A DNA stretch of 64,000 nt from an uncultured bacterium (GCA_902475545.1 CABRZP010000003.1:72422-136421), one strand, 5' to 3'. Positions 18,737 through 29,051 are shown, counted from the first letter of the stretch. Notes: generated by a model not told the origin, from the letters alone. Made by a program: numbers and translations.

Positions 18737-19077
18737 CTGATAACTCGTATCATTTGTTCAGCGTTTTTCTCTTTTACTCGCAATAAAGCGTATAGCGAGC
18801 AGAGGGCGAACGCTCAAGGCGTTGAGCCTTGACGGTAGTCCCGTTTAATGCGAGCTAACAAGCGGAGAAAGAAATGAAGAAACAGAATTTATTTTAAAAA
18901 GAATCTTTCTTTGTTCACTTTTTTAACTTGGTTACTCGCATTAAACGGCATTGCAGTCAGGGCTCAACACCCTGCCTTTCAGCCTCTGCTCGTAATCCGC
19001 TTTTTGATTGCGATGCAAAAAGAAAAAGTAGAACCGAAAAAGAAAAACACGCTTGATTAAATGGCTCGAGTTATCAG
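18737..19077. repeat. 341-bp imperfect palindrome (foldback element or structured RNA candidate), G+C-enriched
   Basis: The ends CTGATAACTCG and CGAGTTATCAG are perfect complements. Shared blocks between the arms: CGAGCAGAGG (18796 / 18983, reverse-complemented), GTTGAGCC, CCGTTTAATGCGAG (18841 / 18935, reverse-complemented). The centre is near 18907. Confidence 0.8.
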
Positions 19078-19143
19078 GGGATTCCCCTGAACCCCCTCTA
19101 TTGAAATATCGGTTTGATATTTACCCCTAATATTATTTATGGA

Positions 19144-19175
19144 AAAGCAGGAGATAATAAATTATCTCCTGCTTT
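19144..19175 (-). terminator. groEL terminator hairpin
   Basis: AAAGCAGGAGATAA-TAAA-TTATCTCCTGCTTT, a 14-bp stem 27 nt downstream of the groEL stop. Confidence 0.6.
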
Positions 19176-19201
19176 CAATTTGTTTAGAATTATGTTTGTT
19201 A

Positions 19202-20960
<1,759 letters not shown>

Positions 20961-20965
20961 TTTGA

Positions 20966-21250
20966 TTACTCTATTACTGCTAATGCATCTTTGATTGATA
21001 AGATTTTGTATTCAACACCATCAACTTTAACATCTGTTCCTGAATATTTAGCATAAAGGATTGTGTCCCCAACTTTAACATCCATAGGTTCTCTTTCGCC
21101 TTTGTCGTTAAGTTTACCTAAACCAACAGCAACAACTTCACCTCTTTGAGGTTTTTCTTTTGCACTATCAGGAATAAAAATTCCACCTGAAGTTTGTTCT
21201 GTTTCTTCTACAACTTTAATAACGATTCTTTCGCCTAACGGTTTAATCAT
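20966..21250 (-). CDS. groES: Co-chaperonin GroES
   Basis: [13 protein letters not shown]...[22 protein letters not shown] is the canonical Cpn10 sequence. Confidence 0.97.
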   Translation of the reverse strand: MIKPLGERIVIKVVEETEQTSGGIFIPDSAKEKPQRGEVVAVGLGKLNDKGEREPMDVKVGDTILYAKYSGTDVKVDGVEYKILSIKDALAVIE

Positions 21251-21288
21251 AATAGCCTCCTCTTTTACTACTTACATTACATTTATAT

Positions 21289-21300
21289 AACAAATTTGTT
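21289..21300. promoter_or_regulatory. 12-bp perfect palindrome AACAAATTTGTT in the groES promoter region (candidate operator)
   Basis: Lies 39 nt upstream of the groES start, next to TATATA/TATAAA -10-like hexamers on the minus strand. No CIRCE (TTAGCACTC-N9-GAGTGCTAA) is visible. Confidence 0.3.
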
Positions 21301-21339
21301 TAAAATTTGAGAACCTTAAGGAAATTTTAATAATTTAAA

Positions 21340-21987
21340 TTAATGATTTTGTTGCTCTTTGATAATTTCTATTTCAGCCTTAAGTTTATTAAGCTCACAT
21401 CTCACAGGATCTGGAATTCTATTGTGCATCAAATTGCTTTTGCAATCTGTAATGGCTCGATGCACAACTCGTCCGGGAATACCTACAACTGTAGAATCAG
21501 CAGGAACATCTTCAATCACAACTGAACCAGCCCCAATTCTAACATTGTCGGAAATTGTAATATTCCCCAAAACTTTCGCCCCTGCACCAACAATTACATT
21601 ATTTCCAAGAGTCGGATGACGCTTACCGGATTCTTTACCTGTTCCGCCAAGAGTCACTTGCTGGTATATAAGTACATCATCTCCAACAACCGTGGTTTCT
21701 CCAATTACAACCCCCTCACCATGGTCTATAAAAAAACGTCTGCCAATACGTGCCCCGGGGTGAATTTCAATTCCTGTAATAATCCTTGTTATGTATGAAA
21801 TTATTCGAGGGAATAACGGGATATTCCATTTATACAGTCTATGTGCAAAACGATATGCAATAAGTGCATGCAACCCCGGATAACAAAGAATAACTTCTAA
21901 TAAATTCTTTGCTGCCGGATCGTTGTCATAAATTACTTTTATGTCTTCGTGTACTTTGGATATTCCGCGTTTTATAACACTAAGCAT
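21340..21987 (-). CDS. cysE: Serine O-acetyltransferase
   Basis: Hexapeptide repeats GARIGRRFFIDHGEGVVIGETTVVGDDVLIYQQVTLGGTG..KRHPTLGNNVIVGAGAKVLG. Confidence 0.9.
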   Translation of the reverse strand: MLSVIKRGISKVHEDIKVIYDNDPAAKNLLEVILCYPGLHALIAYRFAHRLYKWNIPLFPRIISYITRIITGIEIHPGARIGRRFFIDHGEGVVIGETTVVGDDVLIYQQVTLGGTGKESGKRHPTLGNNVIVGAGAKVLGNITISDNVRIGAGSVVIEDVPADSTVVGIPGRVVHRAITDCKSNLMHNRIPDPVRCELNKLKAEIEIIKEQQNH

Positions 21988-21996
21988 TATAATAAA

Positions 21997-23220
21997 TTAC
22001 CTTACTAATTTTGCAAATTTACGTTTGCCTGCCTGTAATACTACACTATCATCAAATGAAACGGTATAAGACAGGTCAGCAATTTTTTCGCCTTCAATTT
22101 TAACTCCGCCGCCTTGAATTAAGCGTTTAGCTTCACCTCGACTTGCTGCAAAATTTAATTCTGTTAACAGGTCGAGAATATTTTTACCCTGTTCAACTTT
22201 TACTTCTTGAATATCTTCAGGAATACCTTTATTTGAAACAACATTGATAAATTCTTCCTGAGCTTTATCTGCTCCGTCTTTTCCGTGATATTCTTCAGTA
22301 ATTGTATGTGCTAATTGCATTTTAATATTTCTTGGATTTATAGAACCATCTGCAATTTGTCTGTCATAAGTTTCCAATTCATCTTTTGTGGCATCTGTCA
22401 ATAAGCTATAGTAACGGGTAATCATATTATCCGGAATACTCATTAGTTTGCCAAACATATCTTTAGCACTGTCAGTTAGAGAGATGCAATGTTCAGGATA
22501 AGATTTTGACATTTTTACAACACCGTCAGTACCTTCAAGTAAAGGTAACAACATTACCAATTGCGGATATTTTTTACCGTAAGCAGATTGTATATCACGA
22601 CCCAAAAGAGTGTTAAATCTTTGGTCTGTACCGCCAAGTTCAATATCAGCATCAATTGCTACAGAATCATAAGCCTGCATCAACGGGTAGAAAAATTCTA
22701 CAATAGATATTGGTTTACCATCTGCATATCTTTTAGCAAAGTCATCTCTTGTCATCATTTGAGCAACTGTAATTTGTGCAGATAATTTTAAAAGTTCAGT
22801 AAAGCTCATTTTATGGAGCCAATCTGCATTATTTACAACTTCGGCTTCTGAAACATCTAAAACTTTAGACATTTGTTCAAAATATGTTTTTGCATTTTCC
22901 TCAACCTGTTCTTTTGTTAAAGCTGGACGAGTTTCTGATTTTCCTGAAGGGTCACCAACCATTGCAGTTGCTCCGCCAACAAGAAGTACAATTTTATGTC
23001 CTAAAGCTTGGAACTCTTTTAATTTTCTCATTACAACAGTATGTCCAAGATGCAAATCCGGTCTTGTCGGATCCATTCCCAGTTTTATACGAAGCGGAGT
23101 TTTTGTATCTGATGCGTACTGCAATTTTACCGCTAATTCTTCAATTCCACCAGGTAATACTTCTGCGTTTCTTGCAAGATGTTTTGCCTGATTTATAAAT
23201 TCTTCTTTAATATCTACCAT
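21997..23220 (-). CDS. tyrS: Tyrosine--tRNA ligase
   Basis: HIGH-type motif PDLHLGH, KMSKS motif present, C-terminal S4 domain (SRGEAKRLIQGGGVKIEGEK). Confidence 0.95.
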   Translation of the reverse strand: MVDIKEEFINQAKHLARNAEVLPGGIEELAVKLQYASDTKTPLRIKLGMDPTRPDLHLGHTVVMRKLKEFQALGHKIVLLVGGATAMVGDPSGKSETRPALTKEQVEENAKTYFEQMSKVLDVSEAEVVNNADWLHKMSFTELLKLSAQITVAQMMTRDDFAKRYADGKPISIVEFFYPLMQAYDSVAIDADIELGGTDQRFNTLLGRDIQSAYGKKYPQLVMLLPLLEGTDGVVKMSKSYPEHCISLTDSAKDMFGKLMSIPDNMITRYYSLLTDATKDELETYDRQIADGSINPRNIKMQLAHTITEEYHGKDGADKAQEEFINVVSNKGIPEDIQEVKVEQGKNILDLLTELNFAASRGEAKRLIQGGGVKIEGEKIADLSYTVSFDDSVVLQAGKRKFAKLVR

Positions 23221-23321
23221 AATCTTTCTCCTTAAATATAAATATTATTTAAAATTATAGCAAAAAAATATTTTTACGGATTTTGTATTATAAATAACAA
23301 GATAGTAAAGGGTATAAAATA

Positions 23322-23867
23322 ATGGATAAAATAAATTTTACAGGAATTAGAAACATCGGAGCTTTAAGGATAAGAATACCAAAAGATTCTACAGAATTAG
23401 TAAACACTCACATGATAGTGAATTTAACTGATGATGCCGCAGGAAAAGATTTATCCGAATTTCGAGAAGTCTTAAACAAATGTAAACCGGTACTTAACAA
23501 TATGGAATTTGCTCAAAATGATAATTTCGTTCATGTATTATCAGCAAGCTATGCAGATGGCAGCTGCGTACCAGACTTAGCAGTTAATCATAAAATTATT
23601 AGACCTAAAACCAAAACACTGCCGTTATTTAGCTATATTGCAAAACTAACAAAAAGAATTTCTAACATTAAAGATAACGAATTTATTGTAACTCCGGAGT
23701 TCAAATATGGCGTAGAAGCTGACAATTATTTAATTCCCGGAACAAAATTATCTTCTCTCGGAATACCAAATGCTACAGATTTGGCATATTCGGCAGAAAG
23801 TGCAAGGATGTATTCTAAAGAAATAAATGATAATATTGTTGAACAAATGATGAATTACTTAAAATAA
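23322..23867 (+). CDS. Hypothetical protein
   Basis: 181-aa ORF. N-terminus MDKINFTGIRNIG. No recognised domain. Confidence 0.6.
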   Translation: MDKINFTGIRNIGALRIRIPKDSTELVNTHMIVNLTDDAAGKDLSEFREVLNKCKPVLNNMEFAQNDNFVHVLSASYADGSCVPDLAVNHKIIRPKTKTLPLFSYIAKLTKRISNIKDNEFIVTPEFKYGVEADNYLIPGTKLSSLGIPNATDLAYSAESARMYSKEINDNIVEQMMNYLK

Positions 23868-23874
23868 ATAATAA

Positions 23875-23900
23875 ATCGGGAAAGATTTTTCTTTCCCGAT
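23875..23900. terminator. Bidirectional terminator hairpin
   Basis: ATCGGGAAAGA-TTTT-TCTTTCCCGAT between convergent genes, followed by TATTTTT. Confidence 0.65.
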
Positions 23901-23905
23901 TATTT

Positions 23906-24274
23906 TTAACTATTTAATTTTATTAATTCATTTCGAGTTTCTGCAATTTGTTTATTATAATATTCAAGCCAAGTTTCACCACTTTCTTCATCTTTTATTT
24001 CCATTTCGCATAATGCTCGAATACGTTTTGCATCAAGTTCATTAAGCTTCTCAATGATTTTTGAATTATGCTCAATTGCTTCCCGCTCCTTGACGATTTC
24101 AGCATACTTCGGATTTTCAACAATTTGTCCGCCTGAATAAACAAATTTATCCGGAGCTTCGCAGTAAGTTTGATACAATTCATTAGAAACTAAAATACTC
24201 ATAGTATCTTCATCAATGCACTTACATTCTCCTGCTCCATTTAGGATTCCATTATTAATAAAAATATATTTCAT
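23906..24274 (-). CDS. Tail-fibre-assembly / chaperone-like protein
   Basis: 122 aa, immediately downstream of the tail-fibre-like gene. The charged helical C-terminus (LDAKRIRALCE...WLEYYNKQIAETRNEL) fits the Tfa-like pattern. Contextual call. Confidence 0.4.
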   Translation of the reverse strand: MKYIFINNGILNGAGECKCIDEDTMSILVSNELYQTYCEAPDKFVYSGGQIVENPKYAEIVKEREAIEHNSKIIEKLNELDAKRIRALCEMEIKDEESGETWLEYYNKQIAETRNELIKLNS

Positions 24275-24298
24275 GATTTTCCCTTTCTTAAAATTTAA

Positions 24299-24898
24299 TT
24301 ATCTAACTTTTCTATAACCACAAAGCTTGAACGAACAAGAATTAGGATAACTGTTTGCATTAGTTTCGCTGCCTGTTCTTATTGTTAAACTCCTATCCGG
24401 TCCAATAGGAATTGTGCAATTACAAGAATCTATATCATTGTAATTATTTATTCTTGTAACAGCCCTACCTAAAAATACACCATTACATAATTGAGTAGTC
24501 GCTATAATGGCAAGACAATTATTTGATTCACTTCCTGTTCTTATTATTGCACCTATTATAATTTCATAAGTATTATCATCCTCTGGTAATAGTGAGGATA
24601 AATCAAAAGTTTTATTGTAATTTGCTGTAACCGTAACATTTTGAGCTATATAACTGTTTTTAGATTTCCAAACACCATCAAGTTCTGTTTTGTCAGCCTT
24701 ATTATCTAATGTTGATTGACCTGCTTCGTCTAAATTTGCAAGATTCGCATCCGCTTTAGTTGCAACACTTGAATTTAGAGTTTCAATATCAGAATTTATT
24801 TTGTCAAGCTCATCTATAACTGCAATAAAATTTGCATTTACTTCGTTTGCCTTTGCTTTTGTTCCAGGAACGAAAGAGTACGGAATGTTAAATGTCAT
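24299..24898 (-). CDS. Phage tail-fibre-like protein
   Basis: The N-terminus PYSFVPGTKAKANEVNANFIAVIDELDKIN is a motif I recall from many phage tail-fibre and collar proteins. It is followed by a coiled-coil heptad region and a Cys-rich C-terminal domain. Confidence 0.5.
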   Translation of the reverse strand: MTFNIPYSFVPGTKAKANEVNANFIAVIDELDKINSDIETLNSSVATKADANLANLDEAGQSTLDNKADKTELDGVWKSKNSYIAQNVTVTANYNKTFDLSSLLPEDDNTYEIIIGAIIRTGSESNNCLAIIATTQLCNGVFLGRAVTRINNYNDIDSCNCTIPIGPDRSLTIRTGSETNANSYPNSCSFKLCGYRKVR

Positions 24899-24996
24899 AA
24901 TATCCTTTCTGACAGTCTTCCAACTCTTTTCGGCTAAATTTTTAAATAGGATTTGAAATTAACATCCGATTATACCATATTTTTTATAATTTCGTC

Positions 24997-25030
24997 AAGA
25001 AACCGACAATCAATAGATTGTCGGTTTCTT
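24997..25030 (-). terminator. Terminator hairpin for the 25063-25443 gene
   Basis: AAGAAACCGACAATC-AATA-GATTGTCGGTTTCTT, a 15-bp stem. Confidence 0.6.
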
Positions 25031-25062
25031 ACTATATTTTGAGGTTTTCTTCTTATATTTTT

Positions 25063-25443
25063 TTACGCAGTTGGAGCTGCCGGTTTTTTCCTACTAAACA
25101 ATTTTGTAAACGGACTAAGAATCGCTTCACCTGTTTTTGCAAGATAGTGACCAACTTTTTCCATTGTTTTTGCATTTTTCAGAGCTTCTGCATCTAATGT
25201 TTTGATTGCTTTTGGAAATACTTTAGGAAGTGCGGCTAATACACCTGCAACTACCACTAAACCAGCAACAAATTTTAAAAGTTTTTTTCCACCTGATTTT
25301 TTAGGTTGATCAGCAGGTGCAGTTGTTGCTGCTGTAGTTTGTTGAGCGTCACCACCGGAAAATCTACCCGGTCTTGATAATGGACTTGCACCAGTTGTTT
25401 CACCACAAAAACGTACACTTGAGATTGAATTGACCATTGACAT
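25063..25443 (-). CDS. Small membrane protein with an N-terminal ISSVRF motif
   Basis: 126 aa. MSMVNSISSVRFCG, an A/T/P/Q-rich linker, then TM LLKFVAGLVVVAGVLAAL. Visibly higher G+C than its neighbours. Confidence 0.6.
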   Translation of the reverse strand: MSMVNSISSVRFCGETTGASPLSRPGRFSGGDAQQTTAATTAPADQPKKSGGKKLLKFVAGLVVVAGVLAALPKVFPKAIKTLDAEALKNAKTMEKVGHYLAKTGEAILSPFTKLFSRKKPAAPTA

Positions 25444-25607
25444 GAGAAAACCTCCTTACACACTTTTTACAAAAATTTTAAAACATATAATAATTTAATT
25501 TTGACCCAATAAATTTATTTTGTGAATTATTGTTACAAAAATTTACATTTATTTTGGAATATTTTAATTCCATGTGTCATCTATATACTTGTGGAGGAGA
25601 GATTATA

Positions 25608-28600
25608 ATGCCAGAAAAACAACAATCACTTATATATATAGAACAACAAAACAAAACTGAAGCTGAATTTATGTCCAGAAGCTTTGTTGATAAAGCTACT
25701 AAGAATAGAGCGTACATAAATGCCCTAGGTGCAGAATTAGTTATAAAATATCTTGCACTTGAAGGAGTTGACGCTGCAAAGACTTTCAATCTTCATTCAA
25801 TTTCAAAGATTTTAGAAAAAGTTGATATCTCTGATATCAGACTACCAAATGTTCATATTGATGTGAGAGTTGTTTTTGATGAAAGTCAAATATTTATTCC
25901 AAAAAGCCATTTTGAATATGGTTTAGTACCTGATGTTTATTTTATTTTAAAACTTGCACAAGATTTTAAATATGTTGAATTTTTAGGATTTATTAAACCT
26001 GAGTTAATAAACAAAAGAAATGCAAATTCTGACTATTATTTTGTCGAAATGAGCGATTTAACTTCTCCTGATTCCGCAAAAGAATTTATTCAAAATTTTG
26101 AAGGCAACACCTCTGTTGGAATAACTCAAGATGAAATGCTCAAAGGTCGTGAATTATCTGTCTTGATGGCAGATCATAACATTTCCGATTCTGAAATGAA
26201 AGAATTATTCAGATTACTTTCAGCAAGCAGTGAATTAAGAGACAGTGTTCTAGAGTTTGACAATTTTGAAACTCTTTCAAATTCTGTTGGATCTATTTTG
26301 TTTGAACAAATGACCACTGCCGAATCTGTAGATGTTAGTTCCATTGAAGATTTCTTAGATAATCCGGAAGATGACTCTCAAAATTCTGAAGAAAATGAAC
26401 CTCAGCAAGATACAACACAAGATATAGAAACATCTAACGAAACAATTGAAAATATTACTACAGAAGATACATTAGATGTTGATTTTGATGATATTTTTTC
26501 AGATGAACCGATTTCAAGTGAAGAACCTGAAATGTTAGAAATGACAGAGCAGAGTACTGATTTACCGGCAGCCAACGAAAATGACGATGACAAATTAGGA
26601 CAAATTGTCGGAGACGTTGTTAAAAAATCATTAGGACTTGCAGCAGGAACCGCAGCAGCAGGAGCAATTGCAGGAGCCGCAGCTGAAGCCGCAGAAATAT
26701 CAGCTGCAGGAGCCATTTCGGAAGAAGCAATGAAACTGGCAGGTGTTGCCGGAGATGTTGTTTCTGACTTAATTAAACAAAATATTGATAATCAAGAAGA
26801 ACATTTAAGCAAACTTGATTTTGAAAATTTAGCTGTACGTTCAGAAAACATAGAGGATGAACTTGCAGGGTTTGAATTTGCAAATGATCCTATAAATACT
26901 ACAGATGAATACGCTGCACCTCAAGATTTATCATCTCTTGAACAAGTTCCAACATCTGATTTTACCGAAACAAATGAAATTCAACATGATGTTGTAGATT
27001 TGTCAGAAATGGCCGAAGTTGAAAATGAAAACTTTAAAGAAAATATTGAAGATTTATCTGATTTACATAATATGTCAACAATGGATTCAACAGATCCTAT
27101 AAATATAGACATTGAAACTAATGATGATAGCAATGAACATTTATCAGAATTAGATTTTCAAAATTTAGAAACAATAGATAATGAACAAAACCAAAATACA
27201 GAATCTAAAGATAATTCTGAAGAAGAAAATCTTCTTGATTTTAATTCAACAGATGATATTTTCGGAGAAGAAGATTTAAACATACTTGATACAGATTTAA
27301 ACATGGATATTGTACAAGATGATTTTGTTGATTTAAACTCAGAAGATCCAATTATTGATAACAACTCAAATGTTTCTGAAGAACCTATTACTGAAGAAGA
27401 AGAAAGCGTTGTTGAAAATACAATTGATAACGAATCTGAATCAATCTCTGTTTCTGACGATATGGAATTATCAGAAGAGATAGATATGTTGGAAGACAAT
27501 TTAATAATCGACGATTTTAACGAGGATGCATCTTTAATTGAAGCTCCATTAGAAGAAGAAATCTCGGCACCTGAAAATGAGGAAATTCAAGAAAACACTG
27601 TTTCTGTTGAAAATAGTATTATTGAAGAAAACAATGAAACAAACGACTTACTTATCGATGAAGCTTTAGAACCTGAAGCCTCAGAAGATGAACTTTTTGC
27701 AAATATAGATATGGAAGAAGATTTAGTTCTTGATGATGTTATTAGTGAAGATACTGAAATGGATGACATAGAAGCTAACAACCAAGAACAAGAAAATTCA
27801 ATACCAGAAAACAATACAATAATAGAAGATGAAGTAGTTTCCCTTGATAATATTGAACCTGTGGACAATTATGAAACTACAAACATTGATATTAATGATT
27901 CTAATATTGAAGAAAATAATCTTACAAATTTAGAAGAAATAGCTGAAGTAAATAATTCAGATGAAGATTTTTCAGCATCAGAAGACCTTTCTGCACAAGA
28001 ATGGTTAGAAGATTCAGTTGATAACATTGAAGCAGCGGCTTTAGGCACAATTTCAGATTCTGATAATGTTGAAAATTCTGAAATTGAAACAGGCGACAAT
28101 ATTGAAATTGACAATCAACCTGAAGATATTATTACAGAGCCTGAAGTTATTCAACCGTACGAATTTGCAGTTGCAGAAAACTCTATTGTTATAAGCGATC
28201 TTACATTTAAGGTTGGAGAAATTCCAATCGATATCAACAATCCGAATGTTCAAACCTTTGATGGTCCTGAACAATTAGGTGATTTATATAATGAAAATGT
28301 TCCTGGCGGTTCATTACTCCAAAATCCGGGAACTTTAGGCTCTGCTGCTGCATCCAGAAACAAGAAAAGTCCTATCGGAGGAATTCTTGGCGGTATTGTA
28401 GTTCTGATTATTCTCGGAGTTGTTGGTTTTTATGTGGCAAAAATGCTTAAACCTGCTGTAGAAGAAGTTCCCGAACCAATTACAGATGGAAACACTTCTG
28501 TAACACCTGAAGTAGGATCAAATGATCCGAATGCATTGAATGTAAAACCTGAAAATGTTGTAAATATGGAAAATAATACTCCTGCAGTTCAACCAAATGT

Positions 28601-29051
28601 CACACCTGCTGAACCCGCACAAAAGGTTCAACAGACAACACCTCTAGCAAACGCAGCTAAAACACCTGCTACAGTTCAAAAGAAACCAAAACCAATCCCT
28701 TCAACATCTTTCTTAAATGTTAGAAAATTGAGTTGGGAAGTACCTGATTATATTTCATATAATCAACAATTTAAACAATACTTCCAATCTGCAGGTAAAA
28801 GTTTGAAATTATCTTTGACTACAGACTTACTTTCTGCATCTGAATACGTATACTCAGATCAAGTTAGAGTAAGCATTTTGTATGACAAAGACGGTACTTT
28901 CAAAGATGCTAAGATATTATTATCAAGCGGTTCTGCTCAGGTAGATAAAATTGTGTTACAAACTGTTAACCAAACCTTAAAGGTGCTAAAAGCTCCTAAT
29001 AGCGTGGGTAACGACGAAAGTACAACGGTCATACTTAAAATTTATTTTTAA
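25608..29051 (+). CDS. Giant bitopic protein: DUF1822-like N-terminal domain, ~600-aa D/E/N-rich acidic region, one TM helix, Pro-rich linker, TonB-C-like domain
   Basis: GGAGGAG RBS before the ATG at 25608 (the ORF track opens at 25530). TM IGGILGGIVVLIILGVVGFYVA (about 28372-28440). The C-terminal VSILYDKDGTFKDAKILLSSGSAQVDKIVLQTVNQ matches the TonB_C pattern. Confidence 0.75.
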   Translation: MPEKQQSLIYIEQQNKTEAEFMSRSFVDKATKNRAYINALGAELVIKYLALEGVDAAKTFNLHSISKILEKVDISDIRLPNVHIDVRVVFDESQIFIPKSHFEYGLVPDVYFILKLAQDFKYVEFLGFIKPELINKRNANSDYYFVEMSDLTSPDSAKEFIQNFEGNTSVGITQDEMLKGRELSVLMADHNISDSEMKELFRLLSASSELRDSVLEFDNFETLSNSVGSILFEQMTTAESVDVSSIEDFLDNPEDDSQNSEENEPQQDTTQDIETSNETIENITTEDTLDVDFDDIFSDEPISSEEPEMLEMTEQSTDLPAANENDDDKLGQIVGDVVKKSLGLAAGTAAAGAIAGAAAEAAEISAAGAISEEAMKLAGVAGDVVSDLIKQNIDNQEEHLSKLDFENLAVRSENIEDELAGFEFANDPINTTDEYAAPQDLSSLEQVPTSDFTETNEIQHDVVDLSEMAEVENENFKENIEDLSDLHNMSTMDSTDPINIDIETNDDSNEHLSELDFQNLETIDNEQNQNTESKDNSEEENLLDFNSTDDIFGEEDLNILDTDLNMDIVQDDFVDLNSEDPIIDNNSNVSEEPITEEEESVVENTIDNESESISVSDDMELSEEIDMLEDNLIIDDFNEDASLIEAPLEEEISAPENEEIQENTVSVENSIIEENNETNDLLIDEALEPEASEDELFANIDMEEDLVLDDVISEDTEMDDIEANNQEQENSIPENNTIIEDEVVSLDNIEPVDNYETTNIDINDSNIEENNLTNLEEIAEVNNSDEDFSASEDLSAQEWLEDSVDNIEAAALGTISDSDNVENSEIETGDNIEIDNQPEDIITEPEVIQPYEFAVAENSIVISDLTFKVGEIPIDINNPNVQTFDGPEQLGDLYNENVPGGSLLQNPGTLGSAAASRNKKSPIGGILGGIVVLIILGVVGFYVAKMLKPAVEEVPEPITDGNTSVTPEVGSNDPNALNVKPENVVNMENNTPAVQPNVTPAEPAQKVQQTTPLANAAKTPATVQKKPKPIPSTSFLNVRKLSWEVPDYISYNQQFKQYFQSAGKSLKLSLTTDLLSASEYVYSDQVRVSILYDKDGTFKDAKILLSSGSAQVDKIVLQTVNQTLKVLKAPNSVGNDESTTVILKIYF

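Noticed and set aside
18776-18854. 5S rRNA-like or tRNA-like gene in one arm of the palindrome
   Set aside because: GCCTTGACGGTAGT...ATGCGAG recalls the 5S loop E/helix IV region. The rest of 5S (helices I-III, length ~120 nt) is absent. The other arm lacks the resemblance, and no T-arm or anticodon arm can be drawn.
18737-19077. Retron msr/msd (terminal inverted repeats enclosing a long hairpin)
   Set aside because: No reverse transcriptase gene is adjacent. The neighbours are ribE and groEL.
18629-19201. FMN (RFN) riboswitch upstream of ribE
   Set aside because: I read both strands for the conserved RFN core (GGGCAGGGTGAAATTCCC..ACCGGCGGT..AGCCCGCGA..CCGACAGT..AGTCTGGATG..AGAAG). I found only loose resemblances (CAGGGGAATCCCCTG, CCTTGACGGTAGTCCCG) that do not follow the required order or stems. 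A covariance-model scan is still needed.
23221-23321. T-box leader upstream of tyrS (and of hisS at 37255-37363)
   Set aside because: The spacers are only ~100 nt, far shorter than a T-box leader. No T-box sequence (AANNNGGGTGGTACCGCG) was seen.
24299-24898. Diversity-generating retroelement targeting the tail-fibre-like C-terminus
   Set aside because: No reverse transcriptase, template repeat or Avd-like gene was found anywhere in the window.
26402-28274. Minus-strand ORFs (104, 113, 93, 81, 73 aa) inside the giant acidic gene
   Set aside because: These are Ser/Ile-rich translations of the reverse complement of GAA/GAT-rich acidic repeats. They are an artefact of low-complexity coding sequence.
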